DNA of 64,000 bases from Balanoglossus misakiensis (taxonomy: Eukaryota > Animalia > Hemichordata), in assembly GCA_040954595.2 (NCBI GenBank), contig CM082582.2:13056327-13120326 (forward strand). The letters run 5' to 3'. How positions within the stretch are numbered: the stretch's first letter is position 1; each line of letters opens with the position of its first letter. The notes under the pieces were generated by a model that was not told the DNA's origin, searched no databases, and worked only from the letters and a program-made list of their open reading frames with translations. The translations under genes were made by a program, and so were the position numbers. Shown here piece by piece: positions 11,905 through 26,900 of the stretch.

Positions 11905-14023
11905 TTTGTCTGATGCCCTCTACAGGTAGTAGAGGGTATGCTTTTGTTTTTGTTAAGAGCCACCTAAGGTGGTCAAGATACTACGCTTTACTCACTGCTG
12001 ATGTCAGACTTTTGGCCAGTTTGGGTACAGCAAAATAATAAATAAAAAGACTGCATATGTGTTGATACAAACAAATTTTATTGATGATTGCATACTAATG
12101 ATAAAATGGGGAGCTATTTCAGTTGATTTGGGGAAAAACACTAACGGATCATGAAGAATTTGCTTTAAGTTACAAACCAAATATTTGAAGACTGAACTTT
12201 GACAAAACAATGTTTTCTTGAACTGGGCACTTTCCACTGTAAAGGCAACAGTGAACACAAAAAAATATTGGGAAATCTCCAAACACTAGTGTCCAACTGG
12301 ATAAATAAAATAAAATAAAAACTCAATCAGGGTTGTACAGCGGATGAGGGCATGTCTAGAATGGAATCATTGGAATGCAAAAATAGTCACAGATTTGACA
12401 TGAATTTTTAGAAAATAACCACTCTGAGTAATAGATCTTGCAAAGTTACAAAGTTCTTGCAGCACCCCATAGTAACAACACTTGTAGAAAATGTCACAAA
12501 ATGAACAGGTTTCAAACAGAAAACTGATTGTAACAGACAATTTTTTTGATCAGTTTGTAACACCAACAGTTTTAAGTAACATGTAAATAATGTTAATCTT
12601 CTGAGCTGACTACATGTGACTAAAATTCTAGACCAATCAAATCCACTTAGGCATCCATTCGTTCTACACTTGGATGTAACAGTCACAACTATTGGTGCAG
12701 CTACTGATGGATTCTACACTGTGATGTGTCAGCCTTACCTATTGGTGCATACATTTTGGAAAACTAAGTTAATGCTAAAAGAAACAAAGACAACACTAGA
12801 ATTGCGAACATGTTACAGAAGGAAAAATGTAAATAGCAACTTCCAGCTTTTGTGAGGCCATTGTTGATGAAACCAAATCTCATTGTGTCGTTCAAATATG
12901 ACCTGTCGTATTCATGATTATCCAATTTCATCGCTGGAACTGAGGAATTAAATCCATTACAATACCGTACCTCTACTATTAAATATTCAAGCCAGTTCTG
13001 TAAAGAAGAAAAAAACATGACTGTAGGAACTAAATCCTCCAAATAAACAATCTACCTCGAAAAACAAGAATGATTACATATACATTGTACACAAGACAAT
13101 ATTAACACCAACCTAAGCAGCCCTGTTTTCCTGATGTGTTTTGCTGTTGACCCTGTCAAAATGCAGGGGCTAAAGGTCAAAGGTCAGCAAGGAGAGGGTC
13201 AAGGTTGAAGCTATTCTAAGATTTACACTTTTGCATATCATGATAATACTTGATGCACCCTCCTAAAGTCTTGGCTCAGAAAATTTGTCTAGAAAAATGT
13301 TACAAAACTCCTTACAAATATACAATCAGGATCCGTGTCAAAATATTACATCAAACAGAAAGAGAGAGAGACCTGGATTCCTGATCTTTTAACTTCTATG
13401 AAAACAAAAAGTCAAGGAGATAAATTTTCTTGTTGCATGTGACAATCTACAAATGTGAAACAGTGTAAAACTACTGTACAAGTAACTGAAAGTCTTGCGA
13501 TTTCAGTTGTATACATTGAAGTGTGGCACCATTGCAAGGTAGCCCGCTCATGCTGCAGTACTTTCAAACGTTATTAGTTTTTTTGAAGAGACTAGGTGGT
13601 CCTGACATACCACGGAAGATGATACAGTTTTAGCACTTTTGTTTGACTTTGCATAGGCCAGGATAGACTCACCTGACTTCAACTGGCAGTGCTAATTTAT
13701 GTGTGTAGGCACCAAAGGTTGAGAAAAGTATTTGGTCCCAAGGGGCATCATGAAATGGAACTACCTAGCCAGATGAAAATCAACACAAGGCCCCTTCAGC
13801 TTGCTGTTTTTTAATCCCTGATGATTAGTTACTGAAGTTTTGACATCGTATAAAACTTTGCAAGTCACTCTCTTGTTTTATAAGAATACTTCCCAGGTAC
13901 TGGTTTACTTCGTGCAGCAGATTTCATTTTCATACATGCATAAGTCTGAAAATGATCCATTAGTAAAAAAAATTCCTGAGATGATGGATATGAAAGTAGT
14001 ACAAGTTGTTTGCAGGTCATCAT

Positions 14024-14222
14024 AAACTACCTAAGCTGCTTGTCAGTATGGCAGGTCATATTAAAACCACTTGAGCTGCGAATAATTTATTGCATGCCAT
14101 CTTGAAACCACCTAAGCTGGCTCTCATTCACAAAGCTGCTTGTCATTCATGGCTCCTCTAGCTCACCCATTTTTGTTGCAGGCCGGCTAAGCTGGAAGGT
14201 CATATTGGGCCACTTAAGTTGA
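14024..14222. repeat. Degenerate ~40-bp-period repeat in the presumed JARID2 3'UTR
   Basis: Recurring C(C/T)AC(C/T)T(A/G)AG(C/T)TG at 14027, 14067, 14108 and 14210; AAGCTGCTTGTCA twice; AGGTCATATT twice. Confidence 0.55.
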
Positions 14223-14902
14223 TTGCCATACACTGTCAACATGACTGAAAAGAATTACAATGTGTTCAATAAGACTATAAATTAACATTTAAGACATCAC
14301 TGACCAGGACCTGACAATATTGTACAGGTCAAAGGTTAAGTGTCCACAAATCTGGACTTCAAATGACCCATGGTAACAAATTGACAATGCTGGTCTCTCC
14401 TTGATGTTGAATTGATCTTGACATTACAAAAATAATTCTGACTTTCATGGAAAGGGGTTTCCCTGAATATCTGAATGGATGGTTACAATGTGGCCTTCCC
14501 TGAATGTGCTTCACTGGAGCGCATTGTTTTTCATGGAATGACAGCTGGCAAAGTGTGTTGATTACCATGACAGTGGCAGATTGTAACTGGGTTTTATGAC
14601 CTCAGTGAGTTGAATGTCAAAGTGTGGTGATGACTTCAGCAATAGGAGAGGACAACATGCGTTCATGACCTTGACAGTTTACTACAACAAGGAGAGTTTC
14701 CTGAACTTGACAAAATGACATTGCCAACAAGGGCTAAGAGTACTGAAGGTCTTTTCACAACTAAGTCATGACAATGATGACAATGATGGTTCTGGATCCA
14801 CATTTGTTTATACAATGATTGGACTGTACCACGGGTTTGACAGGGGTGAAAGCATACAGTACTCATGGAATTGTTATGGAGGTAGATTGGTAATACTAGG
14901 TG

Positions 14903-17900
14903 TTATGTTTGAGTGTCGCTTTCTGTTGACCTTCTTTTATTGCTGCCCCTCCCTCGCCCGGGTAATGAATTGTTCTTAGAAGACAACACCTCTTCTGCCT
15001 GCTCTACTAATTTGTTCAGCTGCTCCTGTAAAGACATCCAAAATTTAAGACATGTTAATGCGTAGCAAGAGATCCTTAAACCAAAACACCCCAGAAATTC
15101 ACACCATAAGAAAGAACTGCTACGAGGGGGCAACTAGCTCAACACCAATGCAGAAACTACATGCAGGGGTTACCCTAATCCCCACTGTTGAAAGTTGTCA
15201 CTCATTACCTTATCATATCTGTACATAAGTCTCAGTCCCCGACACGCTCTGTTCCCACCTTTCTTGATGTGATTGTAGGCATGTTGTAGACAGTACACAT
15301 CATCATCCCTGTCATGAACCACCTGCCATAAGATGAGATAATGATTCAGTCAATAAAACTATTATTCACACACATAGTGTTTTGAGTGTCAACTTGGGTG
15401 TTCCAAGGATACATTGGACAAACAGAGAGGTTGCCAAGGAGACGCCAAAACTTACCATAGAAAGATAACACAGCTGTCCACAAATGTCACAACCTTTGTC
15501 TTCAGGGTCAATCTGAATCTTGGTGATTTTCTTCCGTCTCATCTCAGCACTCATGTGATTGTCGCTGCTGCTCATCTTAGACGACGACTGCAAACCAGCA
15601 GCCACTAACTGATCCCGCAATGCAAACTCTTCATCCCTGTGTGGCAAAATCAATATTGCCTCATTGGTTTTTTCAACATTATGAAAATACCAGAATGTAA
15701 GGTCATAGGTCATGTAGGGTTCATGACACGACTACTCAAACCAATGAGAGGAAAACTGACCTGATTCTCCTGATTTCAGTTGACAGACACTTGGACAAGT
15801 CTTTGTTGTTTCTCTGTGTTTCCACGGTGGTTGCCAAACTCAGCAATCTCTCCATGGCAAATTTGGTCGACAGACGAAGCTCCTTTGTCAGCTGCACGAA
15901 ACAAGAATGTGTAAAGAACAGTTAGATCAATTTCTTCTGCAAAATATTACTTTCATGACTTTCTATTTTGGAGTAATTTCTTGTCAATATTTTCGTAAAA
16001 CTGTCTGAAAGCTGTACTGTTATTGGAGGAGAAGATGATGAGGATATCACTCACTGCAAAAGCCTTTGTTCCAAAATCAATCCATGATGGAAGGGCATAG
16101 TACACACATTCTGCAACATTGTAACCACATGACACACTGGCAGTATAGCATGCTGGGAAGGTAACCAAATACTCGTCAACTTTCAATAAAGTACGCATCA
16201 CAGGAACTCCATTATCCACCAGGCATGAAGGGGATACCTGAAATATTGAAAATCGATGTCTTAATAGCATGTTTCAGCTTGTTAAAAGAACGATCAGATG
16301 TATTGGTTTCTTCTAAAGTACTGGTATCAATCACATGTAATGGACATATTGAGACTAAAACTGTATGTAACGCGATACTGAGCAACTCTGTTTGGCTGTG
16401 GTTTCTAGGTAACCATGGCTATGGTTACATGACAGAAATCTTCAGGGTGCTCTTGTTACAGTTGATACTAATAAGTTTCTGAAACTTAGAAACACTTTCC
16501 AGAACTTTGATGGCTCCAAGGTAGACACACTGATTTCAAAACGATTTTGAGGTTAATACTCACCATGACAGATGCTTTGGCAATACAACTTTTTGAATTA
16601 TGTAAGCACATTTCTGGTACAGTAGATTTTATTGCATCTTCAAACTTGTCTGTCTGACTATGTGGAACACAGTACCTATAGTATATAAAGGAACAGACTA
16701 CTGTATATACAGCTAGACATTTTGCATTCAGAAATTACAAAGCAAATTTCTCAGTCATGTTCATAGCATCTGTTATTTACATAAGTTAGCAGCATATTGG
16801 ATATCAATGGTACTCAAGATAAACAAAGCGATATGCTTATTTTCCACTGAACCAAAACAAAAAAAGTTTACCATATTTTTCCGGCACCAGTATGCATGTA
16901 CTCTATACACGGCAAAGCATGGCGGTCTTGCTTCCAGTATTCCGTGCTGAACAACATTCCGATTTTCAGCCAAGGAACCGTCACTCCGGATTCTTGGCCT
17001 AGATGATGAAGTAGATTACCCTGGTTGTGTGATAAGTTGTTCAAATTCCATGAATGCCTGGCAAGTGAGCAAAAAGAGAAATTGCATCATTGTTGTGAAA
17101 TTTTCAAGAAGCAAAATGTCAAACCACGCTAATCGGCCGTATATGTGATATCAAGCATGGCTAAATTGAATTTATAATGTAGAATATTGTCAATAAATAA
17201 TTTGAAGAGTCATTCCATTTTCACAAATCACGATAGGCAGAATTTTTGACTGAAAAATTACTTTAAAGTGATGAGTACTGTGTGATGGAGAGAGTAACTG
17301 AAATGAGTCTAACCCAAGATCTAAAATAGAGCTGTTTTAAGGGAGCAATGTCTGTTAGTGATGTACAGAAGGCAAGTTGGATGGCCAGACAAAAAGCAAT
17401 AAAGTTATTCATATTTGCATGTTGGCAGCATGTCTTGAGAGCTCTCTACGTTATTTTAATAAACAGGCAAACATGCAGGCAACTCAAACAAACAAGCAAA
17501 CAAACAAACAAACTTACTTTGAGTAAGGGTCAGATTTACCTGTGGGAAACCCACTGCAAAAAGTGAAAAACAAGAATCACTTCTTTTGCTCTCCAAACTG
17601 TCGATTAACCCTTTCACCCCCCAGTTCCCTTTTTAGAGGTCCAACTTTACCATAGGAGACAATGGGTTTTGGACTGGACTATGGGGGTGAAAGGGTTAGG
17701 GCTGAATGTTGATGCCCAACAAAAAACAACAAAATGCAGTATAACACAAGTATTTCATGATACAATGTTCAATGGCGTAATGTTAAATGTCATGAAATCA
17801 AAAGAAAACATTTGTATGACACAATATCCCCTATCACACATTTTTAAACACAGCTCTGGAGGATTAGCACTACAAACATTTCATACGATGACCTCATGAC

Positions 17901-20900
17901 AGGTGTGGTGGAATGGTAAGTTAAAGGGTACTCATGCAAGTTGTTAGATGAGCTAGAGGGCACTAAACTCTCACCTGCCAGCAGTGGCTGTATCAACTCT
18001 GCCACACTGCACCGCTACGTGTTGTGTTCTCTCATCAACCAATCTCCAGTACTCTTGCTGTGTGTTCAAAATGGCAACAAAGTTCAGCTCTTTCTGCTTT
18101 TTCTTCTTCAAGTAATTCTAAGTGTTGTCTGTAATTATTCTAATCCATCCTGCTGAATCACACATTATGCACAAGTATAAACCCCCAAACACTCTACATC
18201 CTGTTGAAATTGGAGTTTGTACGGACATACAAAACAAGAGTTTACCTCAACATCTAACGGTGTTGGCTCATTCTTGAAGCACAGACTCATAGTATTACGA
18301 GCAACCCTGTAGAACTGAGTCAGAGCTACCGACCGTCCTTTCGTTGTACAGCTATTCCTTTCATGCTCGGCCACAGCTGCAAGGATGAGAAATATTCAGG
18401 GAGATTCAGTCATGGCATGAGGTGAGGTGGGGTGGTCATGACCATGTGAGCCCTGACCTCTCAGTGACCTATAATATGCATGGATCTGCTAATCATTTCT
18501 AAGAAATAAGAAGACACACCTCGAGATTTCCTCTGTCTTTCTATTGTCACTTGTCTTTCAAGTTTATCTTTCTCTTCCTGAAAAATGACAACAATGGATC
18601 AGATAATCATAAACAACAACATGTCAACAGGAATTCACACAAGAAAAATTACAGGACAGCCAATCACAATGTGTACATATTCCCTGCAACTCACCTTTGA
18701 TAGCATGTCATAAGACAGTAGATATTTACAGTAAATGTCATCTAATTTAGTCAGCCTATCTTGCGCCTACAAAACAGAAAGGGTGGTGTGATTTGCAAGT
18801 AATACAGCCATAACTCTGAGAAACAGAAACAGAGCAACAAAAAACACATGCAGAGTGAGTGTCACAAAGAATTCAAATTCTACTCACAGCCTTGGGAATC
18901 CTCAGCGAATCAGCCACTCTATTCCATCTCTTCTTATCTGGAACATTCTGAAGTCCTCCAAACTGAGCCATGGTTTGTGAAAACCTGACCAGATCTAACT
19001 CACAGCCACCAATCTGAAGATGCAACAAACGCATGAACTTAGATGGCTAATACAGGGATTTCACACTGGGTATAAGTTACCTAAGAGGACATCACTTAAG
19101 TGCTGACCACACTTGATACTGTGAATTCAAGACTTACCTGGGGTGAAGTTGTCAGTTCAACACCTTGCTCTGCTAAATGCTTCTTGATGCATTGTAACTG
19201 CTGCACATTTGGTCCCCACCTGATATTAACAAGAAAACAGAAGATTTTTTATGGACTTACGGTACTCAAATTCTCAAAACAACACACATATGACAAAGTT
19301 GATTTTTAGGCAGTGACTGGGAAATAAATAAAAAATTTACCTCTTCTGCATTCTATGGACATACTCTAGTTGTGTAGTAAACCTCAAATCATCATTCAAT
19401 TTACATTCAGGCTGCAATAAAAGAAAAGTATACATCAATGAATGGGGACATCACTAATCCCTTACACCCCCGTTTCTGTGTGTATGGATCAAACCTTGCC
19501 ACTGAAAGCAACGAGTGTATGTATTAACACTCGGTCTGTTAGTGGTTTGTTTTCACTTACCCTCCATCCTTCTGGTGGTACAACTTTACACATGCCATAA
19601 GGTTGTGCCTTATCTGAAATTTTCTTGATGTACGCGATAGGATCACTCCATTCCTCCTCAGTCGGGTGAAAGACAGGGGCATCGTAGATTTTAGCCTCAT
19701 TGGGAAGTTCATCGTTGTCACTTGCAGGTGAATTTGTTGCCACGGATACTGATGACGAAGATGACGCTTTATTGCTACTCACTGTTGCTAGAGAAGTTCC
19801 TTTCGTTGAAGTTGAAGATGTACGTGTAATGGAGGAAGTCATTTGTGAGGTAGTTGTCACTGTCGATACAGTTGTGGATGTTGTCAGTGTTGATGTTGGA
19901 GAATTCATGGAATTTTTCACTCGTATCTTGCCAGGTGATGTTTTGGGTGATGACAAAGCTTCAGATGTTTTCTGTGAAGTTTGTTTATTTTTTGACCCAG
20001 GCGGTCTTCCCCTTTTCCTCTTGAGTGAACATGAGACGTCTTTTCTGTTAAAAGAATTCTCCGCAGCCGCACAAGCTCTTTGACACATCTTGGAATCTTC
20101 CGAGTTTGAATTTGGAGCATTCAAATCATTGATGACTACTTTGACTTCAGATTTCAGAATCAGTTGCTTGGCGATGGTGTTCCTGGTGCTTGCAGACACA
20201 GCTTTTGGAGCTGGGCTGTCAGTTTCATCCCTGGCGATGTGATTCTTGCCGGACCTTGTCACCTTTTTCCGTAGTTTTTGCATATTGTTCTTGTGTGCAG
20301 CATCGTGCCGATTGCAAGGGGCAGGTTTCACCTTCTCAGGTTTGACAACATTTGCATTGCTTGTGTCCATCTTGGTGTCGGCATCGAGCGTAACAATGGA
20401 ATGATTTTTGACATTTGTGTTGTGTTCCCCACTTCGAAGTTTAGCCTTTTTGGGTGGAATATACAACAACTTAGGTGGTTTTGATTTCTTTGCTTTATTC
20501 ACTCTGTCAACCTTTTCAGCTTTTTCTCCGCTAACCTGAACTTTTTCAACTTTTTCACTGCTTACCTTGGATGGTTTTGTTCTAGCATTATTGACTTGTA
20601 CCTTTTCCACTATGTGATTGAGTTCTTTTAAACTGCTGGTGCCAAGCTCAGCCTCTTTGTCTGTGCTTGTTTTCTGCGGTGAGGGTGGCCTTAGTGGTGA
20701 TGATATTGAATGATTGAGAACAGTCCTGGACGGGATACCTGTGGACATGATGGGAGGTGGTACAACCAGAGAGGGCGATGTCACCACTGGGTTGCTGGCC
20801 AGGGTCGCACTACTACATCTGGGTGGGATAGGGATCAAGGCTGGAGGGGCTCTCTTAGGCACCATGGTTAGCAGTGGAGGCACTGGTTGTAATGATGGTG

Positions 20901-23900
20901 GTGATGACGGTTTATAAGACATTCCTGGTGGCGGTGAGTGTGATGAGATATGTGTATTCACTGGTGTTGTAACTTTTCCCCTCATCTGTTCAAAAATAAT
21001 AATAATAAAGTATAAATTGGAAGATGGTAATTTCAATAATCTTATTCACGTGTATACATAGTGAGTTGGACAAGAAACTGCAAGGAAATACAAATATTAT
21101 GGGTCATGGAGCTTCTAAACAACCCAACAACAACAACGAGAACAAACCTTGGCAACTTCATGAATGCTTTCACTTGTACTCTCATCCAAAGTCAGTTCCG
21201 TAATGCTGCTTGCAGGAGATGCAACATTGTCCGCAAAAGGTGTACATGTACTTATCCTGTCAAACGAAAGCCCTGAGTCTTCATTATTGATAAACATGTC
21301 TTGGCTGTCGGTGTTGATTTTCTCCTTGGCTTCCCTCTCCTTGATTTCAACATTGTCTGGAGACGGCGGGGCACCGAATACTTCCATTCGTGTTGGAAGT
21401 ACAGGTGAGCCTGTAATGTATACATAGAGTAATGAGTTTGTGATTATTATGAGAAAGTGATTTTATTTTTGTAAAGAATTTCTACCTGTTCTATTCCAAA
21501 ACTACTGGTGAACAAATTGGAAATAATATTCAAGATAAAATTATTGCAAACATTACACTGCCACCTGGTTGTTGCTGTCATGCTGTGAGCTCATGCAAAC
21601 AATGATTTCCTGAAAGTTCCATGGAAACCTAGCAACATATTCACTGCATGTTTACACAGTTAAAAAGGTTACACAATGTTACTATTAAAAGGATTTGCAG
21701 AGAACCACTGTTCCAGGAGGGATTAAGAGCAATACTTCTCGGTACTGAGTGTGTCTTGGCATATCAGGACAAGTCACAGTCGCACTAGTCTGTGACAATG
21801 TGACTCATCTGAAATGGCATCCAATACACCATCATCCAAACCATGTCTACCACTATTCCTCTCAGACTCCCCAACCTTACCTCTCAGACACAGGAATGTT
21901 AAGAAGTCTTCAGTTTTTGGACGTTTGGTGGTCAGCAGACTGCCGCCCCCACCTTTACTTTTGATGGGAGTTGTGTTGGGTGTTCCGGGCAGTGATTGGG
22001 CAAATTTGCGCTGAGCGTGTACTCGAGATCTGAAATCAGAAATTGAATTAATTGTTAATGCGTGTATGGACAGCCAGTTGTGTCTTTCTTGAGAATTTGT
22101 GATGATCATGGCATAATTTCACAATATATCACCATTACTTGTGTAAACATAACCACTAAAACAACAGACCAACCTTTTGGCGGGCTTAGGAGGTTCATCA
22201 ACATCAGTCTCAGAGTACGAATTCACAGAACAGCTTGATATGCTCTCTTTCCTTTTCTTTCTCACTCTTGGTTTTCTCACTTTCTGCAATCGGACCGGTT
22301 TGAACTCATTCAGAAAGCAATTGTTAATCTTCTCTTTACTCTTCGCTTTGACCTTCACCTTGACCTTCTCAGAATCCGTTGTCATGGTGGCAGAGGATGT
22401 TGGGGTAGGGGTGTCTTTGGCTCTTCTGTAGGTGGGCGGAGTAGAGCATAGACTTGGTGGAGCACTGGTGGAACACTGGCTCGGCTGTTTGACAGAATGC
22501 AAAGATGCATAAAGAGCCCTGCGCAGTTCCTTCTCTTCTTTCCAAAGCAATCCATTGTTGTAATCCTGCGAGAAAAAAAACGATTTTAAGAAATTAAAGA
22601 ACCACGTCTACCATTAGCTGGTATAGAGTGTATATTCATCAAATTAATACAATACTATCAGGGCAACCACTTCTAAATGACTAAAATATATTGTCTAATT
22701 ACATATACATTTCACGGAAATAACACACGCTCTGCGGGACCCAGAATGATTTCCAATTTAGACTGGAATCGGTGAACAGCCGCACTGGGATCTTCGGTTA
22801 CAAAGTCAACAGAGATGCCATGATCTCAATTGATCATTGGCTTCAACTTATTCAGTCAGACAAGCCTCTGGCTTCTTCAGACTTTTCCATAATGCATTGG
22901 GCTGCTATGATACATACCACCGTAATTGGCATTAAATTGGAGAAATATAATTTTCATCACGTAACTACCAACAAGAGTTCGAAATGAACAATGCATTGAG
23001 ACAAACACACTGCAGGAAATTTACATCTCATCTACATCTTCTGAAGACAATGACCTTGTTGTTTAGGATGTCTACCCAGACATGTCTGATAGCTGTTCTA
23101 AAAATAGATGTGGTTTTATTGCTTCAATTTGTATTTCAAGGTCAACCCGATATTGGAACCATTTTGATTCCATGCAGGTTTTATATACGATCAAATATTT
23201 TAGGGGTATGTATGCATCTGCCTGGCACATTCATATTTCAATGCAGGTGTGTCCTTGAACTTAAATACGTCAACATTTCCACGAACTTTTACAACATCAG
23301 TTAAACTGACAACTCATTGCATTTACATGTGTTATAGAACATATGCTGTAGAAACTAACGATATTCAGTAGTCAGAATAAAATAGACATATATGGAAAAA
23401 ATATGTCAGTCAAAAACCTGTTGTTTCTACCATGATGTGATTTCTCGGAAATACTTGTTTGCAAAACTCATATATACTCCGGGATTACAGCATGCCTTCA
23501 GAAAATTTCACCAAGAGACAAGAATTGAGTTACAAACTGCACATTTAATATATTTGCACCGGTTGTAAACAGGATTAAATTACACAGATATACTGCAGGG
23601 GAAAAAACAATAAGTAATTGTACATCTTCCTGATGCTAAAAATTGACAGAAAATACCTTTACTAATCTGACTACGGGGCCTTTAGTCAACGCAGATACAC
23701 TTGGCATTTTCATATTGTTTATTAATTTATCAAAAAGAACTCAAATATTACTTGCAGAATGAAAACTTTATGGCTTTTACATTAAACATTCAATCACCAC
23801 TAGATATCTTTTCATGTCGTGCCTAGAAACTGCAAACTGAAACCGAAATTCAGCAACAAAGTCTGAGTGCGATATATCTGTGATTGTTGAGCAACGCAAG

Positions 23901-26900
23901 AATGTCTGATATTGTAATGAGGGGGTTTGCAGCAGTCACTCAAGTGGTGTTATGTTGGCCGTACATGTATGCTTGTCCAAACTCGATCATCATAATGTAA
24001 CAGACAGTCAGGGCAAAGTCTTCTATTCCATTTCATACAAACACCAAAAAGTGTTAAATCTAACAGATTTAATACCAACATCAAATACAAATACATGTAA
24101 TCATTCCTGTGTTTTTTTATTCAAATCCTTCTTTTAACTTCCGCCACTTTCATCGAATTTACACCAAACCAAAGAACACGTTCCATCCCCAACTCCCACT
24201 GAAATTGACACCGCAGAATGAAATCCCACAGAAAAAATAGTACAAGCCTGGAAAACACGTACACCTATCGCTGAATACAGTGAATAAAAAAAATTCAACT
24301 CTGGAAATGGAGCAAGGTTACAAGAAGCAATTTACCTGGTAATAAATAAATATAGGCCGGTTTGTCCTTGATACCAAGGTCTGATAATCATTTACCTAAC
24401 ACGCTTGTCGTCACGCATGAACAAAGATCCTATGCACGCATTGTGTGGAGTACGTGACAATACACATCCATACAGGGAAATGCTGAGAGTTTTTCATCCA
24501 TTTTATGTTAGAAAGCTGACAAGGAAATACTGTTGATCACAGAAGATGTGGGTTTTTTTCCCACCAGTGACTAGACTGTCTATTTCCAACAGATCTATCC
24601 AGAATGATGGTCCCAATAACACAGTACATGTACCTCAACCAAATTGATAACATTTCTCATACCTGTGTCCGACAATTTGCAAACATCAACCTAGTGAAGC
24701 CTTAGTGAAGGCTAGTGAAGCCTTAGATTAGAAACAGATTTACAGCCTATAAGAAGTCTATGGTTCTCAATTAACAGGTGCCTACATTATTTGCCTATAT
24801 ATGCCTCCAAGCATATTGACAATACATGTATTATTTGTAATATGGGATCGTTCAATCTGCCAACTTGAATGCATCAAATTTGTCTTCTTGCTAGCAAGCG
24901 ATGGCCATAGCTGCTTGTGTATAAATTGAATTGTTATGCTATTTTCATTGTCAACATTTTCCGCAACCAGCAAATTGATAAAATCTGTAACACACAATAC
25001 AGTATTATATAAATTCTCATTTTTGTCATGAAACATCAGTATTAAAATCCAAACAATTAGATTTTATGGACATCTACTAACAACTAGGATCAATATGAAA
25101 GTTATCAATTTCTCATTAATTTAAGAATACATTACTTTATGCGTCACATATCCGCTTCACAGAATTTAATTATTATTTCTATATATCACATGAAACATGC
25201 ATTTTATACAGAAAATCCATGAGTCTGACCCCAGGCAGTGTATGTGGCTGTATAATGCAACATACATGGATGAAACATACAGCTGTACAGTGGAATCACT
25301 TTCTGTTCATCTGCTCATAGACTGCACATAGCAATGTCAATTGCAAAGAAAATTAGATGACCTCATTAAAGGTCAAGGCCAGCATCATAAAGATTAAACA
25401 CCACAATTTACAATTACAGTTGAAGGGGAGCAATAGCACTGTTTTAAAGGGTGGCACACCACAGTCGAATTTCATTCTAGCTAAGCATGAACACTTTCAT
25501 CATTATCCTATTTATAATCTGACAAAGCCTTCCAGTCAAATGATATTGAAATCTGCTGGTATTTGATCTTTCAAAAATGATAAATTTACATTTCCATATA
25601 TGCATTATTTTTTCCTAAATATACATGTACTCATCTCTGTAAATTGTTTTTACAAGATGACTTAAGTGCTTGTGACATGTCAGTACTTGAACCAGCCTTG
25701 GCCGTGATAATTTAACCTTTTGGATTTGACAGTGGAATTGTTATCCGTTGAATCACTATTTAATTGTTGGCAACGGAAATAATCCTTGTTTTCAAGAAGG
25801 ACGATCGAGAAGTAATCACTTGGGTACAAGCAAGATTTACCCGTATCCTCTTTGAGTTTGTTGAACCATGAAGAAACGATACTTATCCAATACCGTGGTA
25901 AATCAAACTGACATGATGATGGTTATTCAGAAAAAGTAATGGATCGCCTAGAGATCATTATGCTCTATTTGAACATCCCAGTTTTAAGCTGATTTTTTCT
26001 GACAGTTGCAAGGCGTTGTTGTGGATTGAAAACTGATACTTAGATGACAGTTATTCCAAAGCATTTAACCTGTTTTGTTGGCATATTTAGGGTAGTGTTG
26101 TTGGTTTAATGTCTCCATTCTTTGACCCGTTGAGATATTGGCAGTATAATGGTGGCTCTGATGGTGTACTGTGTCCGTCATGTTTGTTTAATACATGATT
26201 ACCTTTCGTCTCTGGAATTTTGTGACATGCATTATCAAAACCTCAGGATTACACAAAAGCGCTAATGCACAAGTAACTGGAACAGATATCAGGAAATATC
26301 AGCCAACTACAGTGATTGACACTTCCCCGTCTTATAGTTACCTTGACACCATTTCTAACTGAAATCTGTTCCACTTTCCTGACGTTTATATACAATTTTT
26401 GTGAACAATATATGAAGAATCAAAATCAATTTTATGCAAAATTAATGTATTTACTATTAATGAATTAATCTGCAAATAACTTTCTTAAAATTCTCCTCAT
26501 ATTGTTTAATTACACAAGGAAATGAAAATACAGATGCATGCTGTCATCAATTCTAATCATTAAATCCAGGATAATCAATTGATATAATTATGTTTGGTTA
26601 CCAGCCACTTAATTTATGGATTAATCAGCACGAATTTTGCATGAACACTGCACCTGACAGAGATCAGTCGACTGTTACAAACACCCAAGATGATTATTCA
26701 CACCTCATACATTTCATCAATCATACTGGCAGCATTCTTGCAAGAAGCTCTCATTGGAAAGAACACATTTCTCAAATATTACTTTGAAGATTCGGTTTCG
26801 ACAGTAAAATGCATGTAAATGCATGTGCTATTACTTTCCTGTTAAGCTGGAAACTAAATTTGAACATTTTGAGACAAGAAATGAAACATTTATGTGAAGA

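Noticed and set aside
19700-20917. Several plus-strand ORFs over the large JARID2 exon (similar ones overlie cadherin exons)
   Set aside because: Antisense shadows of real coding exons.
25690-26250. Possible decayed LINE reverse-transcriptase fragment ([10 protein letters not shown]) in JARID2 intron 1
   Set aside because: One weak motif among many stops; not supportable without a profile search.
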